This document shows positions 38,364 through 47,189 of a DNA stretch of 64,000 nt, in pieces (positions within the stretch are counted from its first letter, which is position 1; each line of letters begins with the position of its first letter). Position numbers and translations under genes: made by a program. A model generated the notes under the pieces. The model was not told the DNA's origin and ran no database searches. It saw only the letters and a program-made list of their open reading frames with translations. This DNA is from Candidatus Ozemobacteraceae bacterium (lineage in GTDB: Bacteria; Muiribacteriota; Ozemobacteria; Ozemobacterales; Ozemobacteraceae), in contig OZ223236.1 of assembly GCA_965140445.1 (NCBI GenBank), forward strand, positions 768,001 to 832,000, given 5' to 3'.

Positions 38364-40229
38364 ATGAATAGGCAAATATCTCTGAAAAGAAAAGTATCAA
38401 AGAAAAGAATAGGCTTTAAAGCTTTTTCGGTTCTTTTTACCCTCGCAATGCTTTTAATTGCAACAGGATGTTTAAATACATCAAGCGCAGTTAAGGGTAA
38501 TGTAACGGGCAAAGTGTTTGATACAAATGGGCATGTTCTATACAAAGCCAGAGTTGAAATATACGGTGAAAGCTTTTCAATTTTAACTGATGAACTCGGA
38601 AGATACACCATTACAGGAATTGAGCCAGGTCAGAAAAAGCTGGTTGCAACCTATGAAGAGAAGTCTGTAGTGAAGGTTGTTGAAATTCCTCGTGGATCAA
38701 CTCTTGAAGGTGCTGATCTGACTTTCTCCGTTGTTGACGGTCTTCCACCAGTTGTTACAGATGTGGTTGTTGAAAATCTCACTGAGAATACTGCTGACAT
38801 TATCTGGAAAACGAATGAGCTCGCAGACTCCACTGTAGACTATGCTACAGGGCCAGTTGGACTTAGTAGTTTTACTATGGTTGCTTCAGATACGTCCCTT
38901 ACGACTGAACACAGAATCAGCCTTTCAGGACTGTTACCTGGCCAGACCTATCATTTCAGAGTGAAATCGCTGGATTTTGAAAGAAACGAAGGCGTTTCTT
39001 CTGATTATCAGTTCTCAACACCATCTGGAGATGCTCCGACTCCACCAATGAATATTATTGTAAATGCACCAACTGAAATGGAAAGAATTACTCTGGTGTG
39101 GAACAGTAATAGCGAAGCAGATTTGGCGGGTTATAACCTCTACAGATCAGAAACCGTTTCTGGAACATTCTCAAGAGTGAATGCGAGTCCTATTCCTTCT
39201 ACCGCAGGAACAACTACCTATCAGGATGAAGGGCTTAAAATTGCACAAAAATATTATTACTATCTAAAAGCTGTTGATACTGCTGGAAACGAAAGTGCTC
39301 CAACTCAAACTCTTTCGGTAGTAACTCCTGGTATTCTTTCAGAGAATAGAACATGGACACTTGCAGAAAGCCCATACATAATTCGTGGTGACATCAGAGT
39401 TCGAGGGGGTTCAATTCTAACAATCGAGCCGGGTGTTGAAGTGCGTTTCTCTCAGAAAGACAATTTGCCGGATAGCAACGGCTCAACAATGACCGATTTG
39501 ATCGTTCAGGGTGGACTAATGGCAGTTGGAAACGAAACTAACAGAATCGTGTTCACATCTGCTGAGAGTTTCCCAAGCAAAGCGGTTTGGGGCGGAATCA
39601 TCTATCTTGCTACCAATGAGCCAGAAAACATGCTTAGATACTCAACGGTAATGTTTGCTGATACGGGAGTTAAGAGCGATGGTTCAACACCATCAATCGA
39701 GAACACAGAATTCGGACTTTGTGGAATTGGACTGAACCTTGGCCTGTCTACCGCTTTAAATATTCGTTACAACACTGTTCGAGATTGTGATGTTGGGTTG
39801 GTTTCTGCTAACTCAAATATCAGAAACAACATTTTTGTTGATTGTCAGACAGGTATTTCGGTTCTCGGAAATGATTTTGTGGAAAATAATACTATCGATT
39901 GTTTAACCGGAATTGAAGTTGCTTTTGGCAATCCTGTTATACGAAACAATATTGTTGCTTACACAGGTTCAACTCGTGCCATTTATGGAATTAACCAGAC
40001 TCAGGCTCTTGCAACTCCTACTATGAGCTTTAATGACATCTTTAACTACACATTCGCATTTAACGGAACAAATGGGACGGGGACCTCTAATATTGAGGTT
40101 GATCCACTTTTTGTGGGTGGAACTCCATTCAATTACAGTCTACAGAGCCAGGCAGCAGGCAATGCCAGCGATTCTCCTTGCTTGACAGCCGGTGAGAACG
40201 GTGTGCAGATGGGACGATTCGGGCCTTGA
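38364..40229 (+). CDS. Lipoprotein with carboxypeptidase-regulatory-like, two FN3 and right-handed beta-helix domains
   Basis: ATGC lipobox; LLPGQTYHFRV and YYYYLKAVDTAGNES (FN3); LTIEPGVEVRF and IRNNI repeats (beta-helix). Confidence 0.85.
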   Translation: MNRQISLKRKVSKKRIGFKAFSVLFTLAMLLIATGCLNTSSAVKGNVTGKVFDTNGHVLYKARVEIYGESFSILTDELGRYTITGIEPGQKKLVATYEEKSVVKVVEIPRGSTLEGADLTFSVVDGLPPVVTDVVVENLTENTADIIWKTNELADSTVDYATGPVGLSSFTMVASDTSLTTEHRISLSGLLPGQTYHFRVKSLDFERNEGVSSDYQFSTPSGDAPTPPMNIIVNAPTEMERITLVWNSNSEADLAGYNLYRSETVSGTFSRVNASPIPSTAGTTTYQDEGLKIAQKYYYYLKAVDTAGNESAPTQTLSVVTPGILSENRTWTLAESPYIIRGDIRVRGGSILTIEPGVEVRFSQKDNLPDSNGSTMTDLIVQGGLMAVGNETNRIVFTSAESFPSKAVWGGIIYLATNEPENMLRYSTVMFADTGVKSDGSTPSIENTEFGLCGIGLNLGLSTALNIRYNTVRDCDVGLVSANSNIRNNIFVDCQTGISVLGNDFVENNTIDCLTGIEVAFGNPVIRNNIVAYTGSTRAIYGINQTQALATPTMSFNDIFNYTFAFNGTNGTGTSNIEVDPLFVGGTPFNYSLQSQAAGNASDSPCLTAGENGVQMGRFGP

Positions 40230-40284
40230 TTTAAGGGCCTGACCAATAAAATTTTGTTTGCCTCTATTGTAAAATAGAATTTTT

Positions 40285-40316
40285 TCCCCTGACTTTTGTT
40301 GGGGGATTTTTTTTTT
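40285..40316 (+). terminator. Intrinsic terminator
   Basis: tcccctgac-tttt-gttggggga followed by T10. Confidence 0.8.
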
Positions 40317-40338
40317 GAGGAAATGGCCAGCCGTGCTA

Positions 40339-41094
40339 TCAGGCTTTAGGGGTCTCTGTAGGCGGAACTTTGTCTTCAGGCCCTTTTTTGTCAGGCTCTT
40401 GATCGTCAGGATTTTCACCTTCTGGATCTTCTTCGTCGCCTTCATCAAAAATTTCGCCTTTTTCGTATGCTCTGATCCACCAATTTATAAGTTCGGCATT
40501 TTGTTTCAGGAATTCTTTAAAGCTGATTTTAAAACCATCTTCGCAGTCCTGCTTATATTGCTCAGTTATGAAAGCAGTAAGATATTCAGTTACAGATTCA
40601 TCGAGAAAAACACCAGCGCCGACAAGAAATCTGGTGTCAACAAGGCGAAGAACTCTTGTGAAAAGAAGACTGCCTTCGGAGATTCCATCTGCTGCAACTG
40701 ATTCTGAAACGACAAACTCTTCACCAAGAAATAGATCTTTTAGGGTGAGACTTTCATTTTCTTTTATTCCAATCACTTTTAAAAGGGTTAAATTGGTTTC
40801 TTTAAGAGCCTTACAGACCTGTTTTTCTTGAAGAGAGAGCTCTTCGCTATAACGGTCAATGAACTCATCCATGAGGCAGTTGCCATTCGCGTCTGAATCG
40901 TCAAGAAGGAACCAGCTTAGGAATAAAAACTCATCAGGTGGATTAAATTCATATTCTTCACCTTCCTGAAGATTGTAAAAAACTTCAAGAGAATCTCCAA
41001 GATCTTCGATAAATTCTTCTTCTAGTGCGAAAGACATTAACTTGGCGAAAAGATCACTGAAAAGTGATTTGATTGCTAAAACCTCTGCTGACAT
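40339..41094 (-). CDS. Acidic hypothetical protein (resembles the core of SEC-C-associated proteins, no SEC-C motif)
   Basis: AAGGAG precedes ATG 41094; W-F-L-L-D and LKDLFLGEEF motifs; family call tentative. Confidence 0.65.
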   Translation of the reverse strand: MSAEVLAIKSLFSDLFAKLMSFALEEEFIEDLGDSLEVFYNLQEGEEYEFNPPDEFLFLSWFLLDDSDANGNCLMDEFIDRYSEELSLQEKQVCKALKETNLTLLKVIGIKENESLTLKDLFLGEEFVVSESVAADGISEGSLLFTRVLRLVDTRFLVGAGVFLDESVTEYLTAFITEQYKQDCEDGFKISFKEFLKQNAELINWWIRAYEKGEIFDEGDEEDPEGENPDDQEPDKKGPEDKVPPTETPKA

Positions 41095-41164
41095 AAACGG
41101 CTCCTTAAGCGACTGAATCAAGGTTAACCCTTTTCAGGCTTAAAATCAAGCGGCTAAGGCAGAA

Positions 41165-41199
41165 AAAGGGTATCTCAATTAAATTTTGAGATACCCTTT
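41165..41199 (-). terminator. Intrinsic terminator closing the ECF operon
   Basis: aaagggtatctcaa / ttgagatacccttt inverted repeat with U-tract on the minus strand. Confidence 0.85.
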
Positions 41200-41225
41200 A
41201 AGCCTTCTATTTGATAAAAATACTG

Positions 41226-42752
41226 CTATTTTTGTAATTTACTAAGAATTCTTCTTACTTCAGATAAGCCTGTTTCACCTTTTTCTAATGATTGGATAAG
41301 CCTATCCTGAATTTTAGCCCTCTGAAGTTTATTCGTTTGTGCTTCAATTTGCTTTACGTCTCCAGACATAATTGCGTCCATGAGATCTTTATCTGGAACA
41401 AGTATTTCATAAAGGGCTACTCGACCAAGGTATCCAGTATTTCGGCATTGTTCGCATCCAGTCGTTTCATTATACTGGCCTGTTTTGATTAAGTCTCTTT
41501 CACTTTCATCAAGATCTTGAGGCTTTACGTCTATCTTGGTCAGACAATGTTTGCAAAGCCTTCTTATAAGAATCTGGAAAACTACACCGGCAATTCCGCC
41601 ATAAAGAAGATAGGGAGGAACTTTCAGATTAAGAAATTGTCTGAAAACTTCATAAGGAGATTTAGCTCCCATTTGAGTCACTATTAGAATTCCGTTGTTG
41701 GCATAGTTAAATGCTGCCTGTGCAGTTTCTTCGTCGTTAAGGTTACCAAGCATCATTACGTCAGGCTCAGCTCTTGCAGCAGATCTTGATGCGGCCAATA
41801 ATGTAAGGCCTATGTAGCTTCTGGCCATGATCTGGCTAACTCCTGGAATAACGTTATAAACAGGATCTTCAACGGTAATGACAGACTTTTTAGTAGTATC
41901 AACCATCATTATAGCTGTCTGCATGGAAGTGGTTTTCCCTGAACCAGATGGACCCGCAAAAACTACCATTCCTGATGGATTGTCCATGAGTTCCTGAATT
42001 TTTTTTCTATCTTCATCTAGTGGAAAAACTTGTTCGGGAGTTGGCAATTTCTCATTATTGTTGAAAATCTTCAGGACAACCTGTTCGCCAAAAATGCTGG
42101 GGAAAAGAACTACTTTAATGTCATAAAGGTGCTCAGAAATTTTTATTAGAATTCTTCCATCTTGAGGCAGGCGCTTTTCTGAAAGATCTAATGCCGATAG
42201 CATTTTTATCCTGGCAACAGCTCTTACGTAAAGCTCCATTTCAATAGAATCAATCTGTTCATAGCTTTGCCCTTTTTGTAATTTTATCAGAGCATTTTCA
42301 CGTGTTGGCTGGATGATTAGTTTTGAGGCTTTTTCTTCTACTGCTTTGTTAAAAAGGTGGTTAACAAATTGGATGACTTTATTATTTGATGAAGAGAATT
42401 CTTCAAGAATTGTGTCGTAATTACTTTCACCTTTACCAACTTCGATTACACCCTCAGCTATATTTTCTGCAATTTTAACCAGCGCATGGTCCAGGTTGCC
42501 GCTGTGTTCTCCGTTTTTTATTGATTCAATGTAACTTTTTGTGAACACAGAAGGGAATGAGCCAAAAGATTCATACAACTTTTTCCCATTTTTTAGCATA
42601 TTGTTTGTTGTTTCAAGAATCTTGGCCAGTTCATTTTCTGAATTTTCTTCTCGTAGAATTTCCAGACTTTCAAGCAGTGGAATGCCAGAGCCAACAAGTT
42701 TTCCCAGTTTTTTAGTGAATTTACCCAGTTCTCCAGAGGTAATCTTTTTCAT
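41226..42752 (-). CDS. Fusion of PilC/GspF (T2SSF) cytoplasmic domain and PilB/GspE-family ATPase with degenerate catalytic motifs
   Basis: N-term FTKKLGKLVGSGIPLLESL...GEHSGNLDHAL; then EKRLPQDGRI, GPSGSGKTT, TVEDPV, CKHC/CEQC, GYLGRVALYE. Confidence 0.88.
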   Translation of the reverse strand: MKKITSGELGKFTKKLGKLVGSGIPLLESLEILREENSENELAKILETTNNMLKNGKKLYESFGSFPSVFTKSYIESIKNGEHSGNLDHALVKIAENIAEGVIEVGKGESNYDTILEEFSSSNNKVIQFVNHLFNKAVEEKASKLIIQPTRENALIKLQKGQSYEQIDSIEMELYVRAVARIKMLSALDLSEKRLPQDGRILIKISEHLYDIKVVLFPSIFGEQVVLKIFNNNEKLPTPEQVFPLDEDRKKIQELMDNPSGMVVFAGPSGSGKTTSMQTAIMMVDTTKKSVITVEDPVYNVIPGVSQIMARSYIGLTLLAASRSAARAEPDVMMLGNLNDEETAQAAFNYANNGILIVTQMGAKSPYEVFRQFLNLKVPPYLLYGGIAGVVFQILIRRLCKHCLTKIDVKPQDLDESERDLIKTGQYNETTGCEQCRNTGYLGRVALYEILVPDKDLMDAIMSGDVKQIEAQTNKLQRAKIQDRLIQSLEKGETGLSEVRRILSKLQK

Positions 42753-42767
42753 TAGTTTTCTCCTTTT

Positions 42768-43244
42768 TTAACCAGCTTTTCGAGATTTAAGAAATATGAT
42801 GTTCTCATGGAGCTTTCTGGGCGCCCTTTCGTCAGCTCCTGTTCCTAGTTCTGCTATAAAATTAATCAGTTCAGATTTCAAAAATCTGATTTCGTTATCA
42901 AAAGTAAAATATGGCATCTTATGCAGCATATTTAAGACATTATGGGGTTGAACCTTTAGCAGTGATGCAGCCTCATCAACAGTTAGAATGTCTTGTTGCT
43001 GAATGTTGTCAGATGGTTCTTCATCACTATTTTCAATTAAACTAATTGCTTCATCGATGACTCGATTACTGCATTCAATAACTGGAAACTCGATTTCCAT
43101 AAGATCCTGGCAGAATTGACTAAAGCTTTTTTGGCAAAGTTTGCAATCTGTCATGTGTTGTTTCAGTTCATTTAAGGTTTCAGATGAATCTTCGTTGTAG
43201 TAAAGCTCCATCATTTGTTCTTCTGTGAGACATTTTTTATTCAT
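42768..43244 (-). CDS. Soluble zinc-binding anti-sigma-like protein fused to excisionase/MerR-type HTH
   Basis: HMTDCKLC (HxxxCxxC ZAS motif); ILTVDEAASLLKV...IRF HTH_17-like segment; no TM. Confidence 0.75.
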   Translation of the reverse strand: MNKKCLTEEQMMELYYNEDSSETLNELKQHMTDCKLCQKSFSQFCQDLMEIEFPVIECSNRVIDEAISLIENSDEEPSDNIQQQDILTVDEAASLLKVQPHNVLNMLHKMPYFTFDNEIRFLKSELINFIAELGTGADERAPRKLHENIIFLKSRKAG

Positions 43245-43780
43245 GATTCACCTCTATTTATATAGGTGCGGATTTTTTGTATAGCAAAAAGAACTCTGGA
43301 CTTTACTGTTGGAATTGGTAAATCCAATATTTCAGCAATTTCTTTAAACGTCAGATTTTGAAAATGCTTCAAAACAAAGGTTTCTTTAACCTGATCTGAT
43401 AATGAGTTCATTGCGGATTTTAAATCTTCATTTAGATCCAGACTTTCGCTGAAGCTTTCTACAAACATTTCTTTTTCAAAGTTATTTTCAGCAAAGTTCA
43501 GTTTCACAACTTTTTTCTGTTGTCTTTTGAATTGCAGAAAGCAGTTTCTGGTGACTCGATAAGCCCATGGAAGAAAATCAAACTCTGAATTATAGGTGTT
43601 TATTCCTGAATATATGCTCAGCAAGCTCTCCTGAAGGATGTCTTCAGAAAGGTTCCTGTCAGAACTCAGTCGGTATAAATAACCAAATAAAGGCTTCTTT
43701 AAGGCGGAAAAGAGCTTGTTTGCAACTCTTTTATTGCCTGATTGAAGTTCTTCTGCAAATTGTTTGAATATTTTTTCCAT
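43241..43780 (-). CDS. ECF RNA polymerase sigma factor
   Basis: EDILQE and FLPWAYRVTRN (region 2); LTFKEIAEILDLPIPTVKSR (region 4). Confidence 0.93.
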   Translation of the reverse strand: MEKIFKQFAEELQSGNKRVANKLFSALKKPLFGYLYRLSSDRNLSEDILQESLLSIYSGINTYNSEFDFLPWAYRVTRNCFLQFKRQQKKVVKLNFAENNFEKEMFVESFSESLDLNEDLKSAMNSLSDQVKETFVLKHFQNLTFKEIAEILDLPIPTVKSRVLFAIQKIRTYINRGES

Positions 43781-44069
43781 TTCAAAAGGTATTATGCCGA
43801 AAAAACGAAAAAGGATTGAAATTATTTTTATTTTTTTTAAAAAACTTTAAAAAAACGGCCGATAAAGCATGAACAATAAAGTGAAAGAAAAAAAAATAAA
43901 ATTTGGAAAGAAATAAATTCCGTTTTTTGAATTTTTTTCTTATACTTGGTCAAACGATGGCGATTGAGACTTTTAATTTAGCTTGGACAGTACTTTTCAA
44001 GAGGATTATGCTCAGTTCCACAGTATTAAAAAATTTACAAGTAGATATAAGGAAAAGGAGTTGTCTTTT

Positions 44070-45416
44070 ATGAGTAATTACATTGATAAAATGATCACCT
44101 ACATCACCGAGAAATACCCTTGGGAAAAAGAATTCCTTCAGGCTGCAACTGAAGTTCTTGAATCTCTTCGCCCAGTAGTTGCCAAACATCCTGAACTTGA
44201 AGAAAACAAAGTTCTTGAAAGAATGGTAATTCCAGATCGTATTATCTCTTTTAGAGTCCCTTGGATGATGGATGACGGTTCTTTTGCTGTTAACCACGGT
44301 TTCCGCGTGCAGTTCAGCTCATGCCTCGGGCCATACAAAGGTGGTCTCAGATTCCACCCAACAGTAAACCAGAGCATTCTTAAATTCCTCGGTTTCGAAC
44401 AGATTTTCAAAAACGCTCTTACTGGCCTTCCAATGGGCGCTGGTAAAGGTGGATCTGATTTCGATCCTAAAGGAAAATCAGATAAAGAAGTTATGAGATT
44501 CACTCAGGCTTTCATGAGAGAACTCTTCAGACATATCGGTCAGGACACTGACGTTCCTGCTGGTGACATAGGCGTTGGTGGCCGTGAAATCGGTTACATG
44601 CTTGGTCAGTATAAAAAACTTGCTAACGTTCACCAGGGTGGCGTTCTCACTGGAAAATCAATTGCATGGGGCGGATCATTGATCAGACCTGAAGCAACTG
44701 GCTATGGTTGTGTTTATTTCGCTAGCGAAATGCTCAAAACCAAAGGTGAATCTTTCGAAGGCAAAACTGTTCTCGTTTCTGGTTCTGGAAACGTTGCTCA
44801 GTATGCTATCCAGAAAGTTAATCAACTCGGCGGAAAAGTTATCAGCATTTCTGATTCCTCTGGAACTATCATTGATAAAGACGGAATCAAAGGCGAAAAA
44901 TGGGAATTCCTCATGGAACTTAAAAACGTTAAACGCGGCCGCGTAAAAGAATATGCAGACAAATTTGGTGCAGAATTCCACGCTGGCAAACGTCCTTGGG
45001 GCCTTGTGACTGCTGATGTTGCTCTTCCTTGCGCAACTCAGAATGAACTTGATATCAACGATGCAAAAGCTCTCCTCGAAAAAGGTGTTAAATGTGTATC
45101 TGAAGGCGCTAACATGCCTACAACTCTTGATGCAACTAATCACCTCATCGAAAAAGGCGTTCTCTTTGGACCTGGTAAAGCTGCTAACGCCGGTGGTGTT
45201 GCTGTTTCTGGTCTTGAAATGTCACAGAACAGTCAGCGCTTGAGCTGGACTTCAGAAGAAGTTGATGCAAAACTTAAAGGCATCATGGTAAACATTCATA
45301 AGAATGCTTGCGAAATGGCTGAAAAATATGGAACTCCTGGTAACTATGTAAATGGTGCTAACATTGCTGGTTTCTGGAGAGTTGCTAGAGCTATGATCGA
45401 TCAGGGACTTGTATAA
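44070..45416 (+). CDS. gdhA: NADP-specific glutamate dehydrogenase
   Basis: AAGGAG precedes ATG 44070; GPYKGGLRFHP, GAGKGGSDFDPK, DVPAGDIGVG, GKAANAGGV. Confidence 0.97.
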   Translation: MSNYIDKMITYITEKYPWEKEFLQAATEVLESLRPVVAKHPELEENKVLERMVIPDRIISFRVPWMMDDGSFAVNHGFRVQFSSCLGPYKGGLRFHPTVNQSILKFLGFEQIFKNALTGLPMGAGKGGSDFDPKGKSDKEVMRFTQAFMRELFRHIGQDTDVPAGDIGVGGREIGYMLGQYKKLANVHQGGVLTGKSIAWGGSLIRPEATGYGCVYFASEMLKTKGESFEGKTVLVSGSGNVAQYAIQKVNQLGGKVISISDSSGTIIDKDGIKGEKWEFLMELKNVKRGRVKEYADKFGAEFHAGKRPWGLVTADVALPCATQNELDINDAKALLEKGVKCVSEGANMPTTLDATNHLIEKGVLFGPGKAANAGGVAVSGLEMSQNSQRLSWTSEEVDAKLKGIMVNIHKNACEMAEKYGTPGNYVNGANIAGFWRVARAMIDQGLV

Positions 45417-45451
45417 TATTTATATTATTAGCCTCTTAGATTAAAAAACGT

Positions 45452-45486
45452 AATCCGGCTGCCGTATGGCAGCCGGATTTTATTTT
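45452..45486 (+). terminator. Intrinsic terminator after gdhA
   Basis: aatccggctgcc-gtat-ggcagccggatt followed by a T-rich tail. Confidence 0.9.
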
Positions 45487-45530
45487 AGCTTATTAGCTGG
45501 ATTGCTTTTATAGGATTTTATTTAAATCCT

Positions 45531-47174
45531 TTATCTGCTGCTTTTTTTCAACTTAAGCTTTTTTAATACCATATCAATTGCTCTTTCAGCTTCTTCTATC
45601 CGAACAAGTTTGGATATCAGTATAAGTATAGTTGAACCGGCAATCAGACATATAATTAAACCGGTGAAAGCGATGAAAAAACTTTCCGGTTTAAGCTGAA
45701 AATAGTTTTGGAGCATTTGAGAAATTGGACTGAGCAACTTCCATTGGAAAAAGCCAGCTAATGAGGTGACAATCACAATTTTTCCTATTGATAAAAATTG
45801 TTTTAACCTGCCGAAGTTAATCAACCGTTTTTTCAAAAATACAAACAGCACCGCAGCATTTACCATTGAGCCAAAGGCCGTTCCCAGGGCTAAACCCCAG
45901 CAACCAAAAGGTTTTATGAATGCAAAGTTTAAAACTATATTTACAACAACAGCGGATATACTAGCCATTACCGGTATTTTTGTTTCATTTAGGGCATAAA
46001 AAGCAGGACCAAGAATTTTTACAACACAGAAGAAAACTAACCCTACCGAGTAGGCCCTAAGTGCATTTGCTGTAGCAATTGTGTCAGCTGGAGAAAATTT
46101 CCCATGTTGGAAAAGAACTCTGATTACAGGCTCTGCCAGTGCAAAAATAGAGAAACAGGCAAACAGGTTGATAAAAAAAGTTAGCCTGACAGAATCGTCG
46201 AGGGTGTTTCCCATATCATCTTTATTATTGGCAGCTGCTTGTCTTGAAATAACTGGCAATGTTGCCTGGGCAATTGCTACCCCAAAAAGTCCTAATGGAA
46301 GCTGCATGATTCTAAAGGAGTAGGTTAGCCAGCTGACAGCTCCATCCCCTAAAGAAGTTGCCAGGATTGTGCTGATAGCAATATTTATCTGTGTTGCGGC
46401 AAGGCCAACTGTTCCAGGGATAATTAGTTTTACAATTCTTCGAATTCCAGGGTCTTTAAGATTTACATACCATTTAAATCTAAACCCATGCCTAAACAGC
46501 GAAGGGGTTTGAACCAGAAACTGGAGTGTTCCACCCATCATAACCCCAATAGCCATTCCTGTTATTGCTGGAAAACCATAGGACTCTGCCAGTGGACAAA
46601 TTGTCCAGCCGGAAATAATCATTAGAAAATTAAGGGCAGCCGGGGCAATGGCTGGAATAAAAAATTCTCCCATTGAATTTAGAATCCCCATAGCCAAAGC
46701 AGACCATGAAATTACCATCAAAAAAGGAAACATTATTCTTGTCATGGAAACGGTGACGTTAAATTTTTCTGGATTACTTGCAAATTCAGGAGCAAGAATT
46801 CCAACAATGGCAGGCGCAAATAGTATTCCTAGCAGGGTTATGGGGCCTACAACCATAAAAAGAAAAAAGAAAGTGAGGTTGGTCAGCTTAAAAGCTTTTT
46901 CCTTTCCCTCTTGTTGAAGTATGCTGTTAAAGGTCGGGACAAACGCTGCGCTCATAGCACCTTCTGCGAATAAGTCTCTTAACAGATTAGGAATTCTAAA
47001 AGAGACATTAAATGCGTCGGTCCAGATTCCTGCACCAAACAGGTAGGCAAAAGTCTGGTCGCGCAAAAGACCGGCTATACGGCTTAAAAAAGTGGCAACT
47101 CCCATTATTGCTGCTGATCGGGCGATTCCACCTGAAGTCGCCCTGCTGGAGTCGAGCTTAGCTTTTTCTTCCAA
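45531..47174 (-). CDS. murJ: Lipid II flippase MurJ (MviN)
   Basis: SRIAGLLRD, FRIPNLLRDLFAEGAMSAAFVP, RIMQLPLGLFG. Confidence 0.95.
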   Translation of the reverse strand: MEEKAKLDSSRATSGGIARSAAIMGVATFLSRIAGLLRDQTFAYLFGAGIWTDAFNVSFRIPNLLRDLFAEGAMSAAFVPTFNSILQQEGKEKAFKLTNLTFFFLFMVVGPITLLGILFAPAIVGILAPEFASNPEKFNVTVSMTRIMFPFLMVISWSALAMGILNSMGEFFIPAIAPAALNFLMIISGWTICPLAESYGFPAITGMAIGVMMGGTLQFLVQTPSLFRHGFRFKWYVNLKDPGIRRIVKLIIPGTVGLAATQINIAISTILATSLGDGAVSWLTYSFRIMQLPLGLFGVAIAQATLPVISRQAAANNKDDMGNTLDDSVRLTFFINLFACFSIFALAEPVIRVLFQHGKFSPADTIATANALRAYSVGLVFFCVVKILGPAFYALNETKIPVMASISAVVVNIVLNFAFIKPFGCWGLALGTAFGSMVNAAVLFVFLKKRLINFGRLKQFLSIGKIVIVTSLAGFFQWKLLSPISQMLQNYFQLKPESFFIAFTGLIICLIAGSTILILISKLVRIEEAERAIDMVLKKLKLKKSSR

Positions 47175-47189
47175 AATTAGTCCTAACTA

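Noticed and set aside
40315..40701. 128-aa plus-strand ORF
   Set aside because: Antisense to the acidic 40339..41094 gene and starts within a terminator T-tract.
42768..43000. Excisionase-like HTH as evidence of a prophage or ICE
   Set aside because: No integrase, att repeats or phage genes; the HTH is fused to an anti-sigma domain.
44138..45143. Antisense ORFs inside gdhA, and similar short overlapping ORFs across the track
   Set aside because: Shadow ORFs of strongly codon-biased genes; no SD or recognisable motifs.
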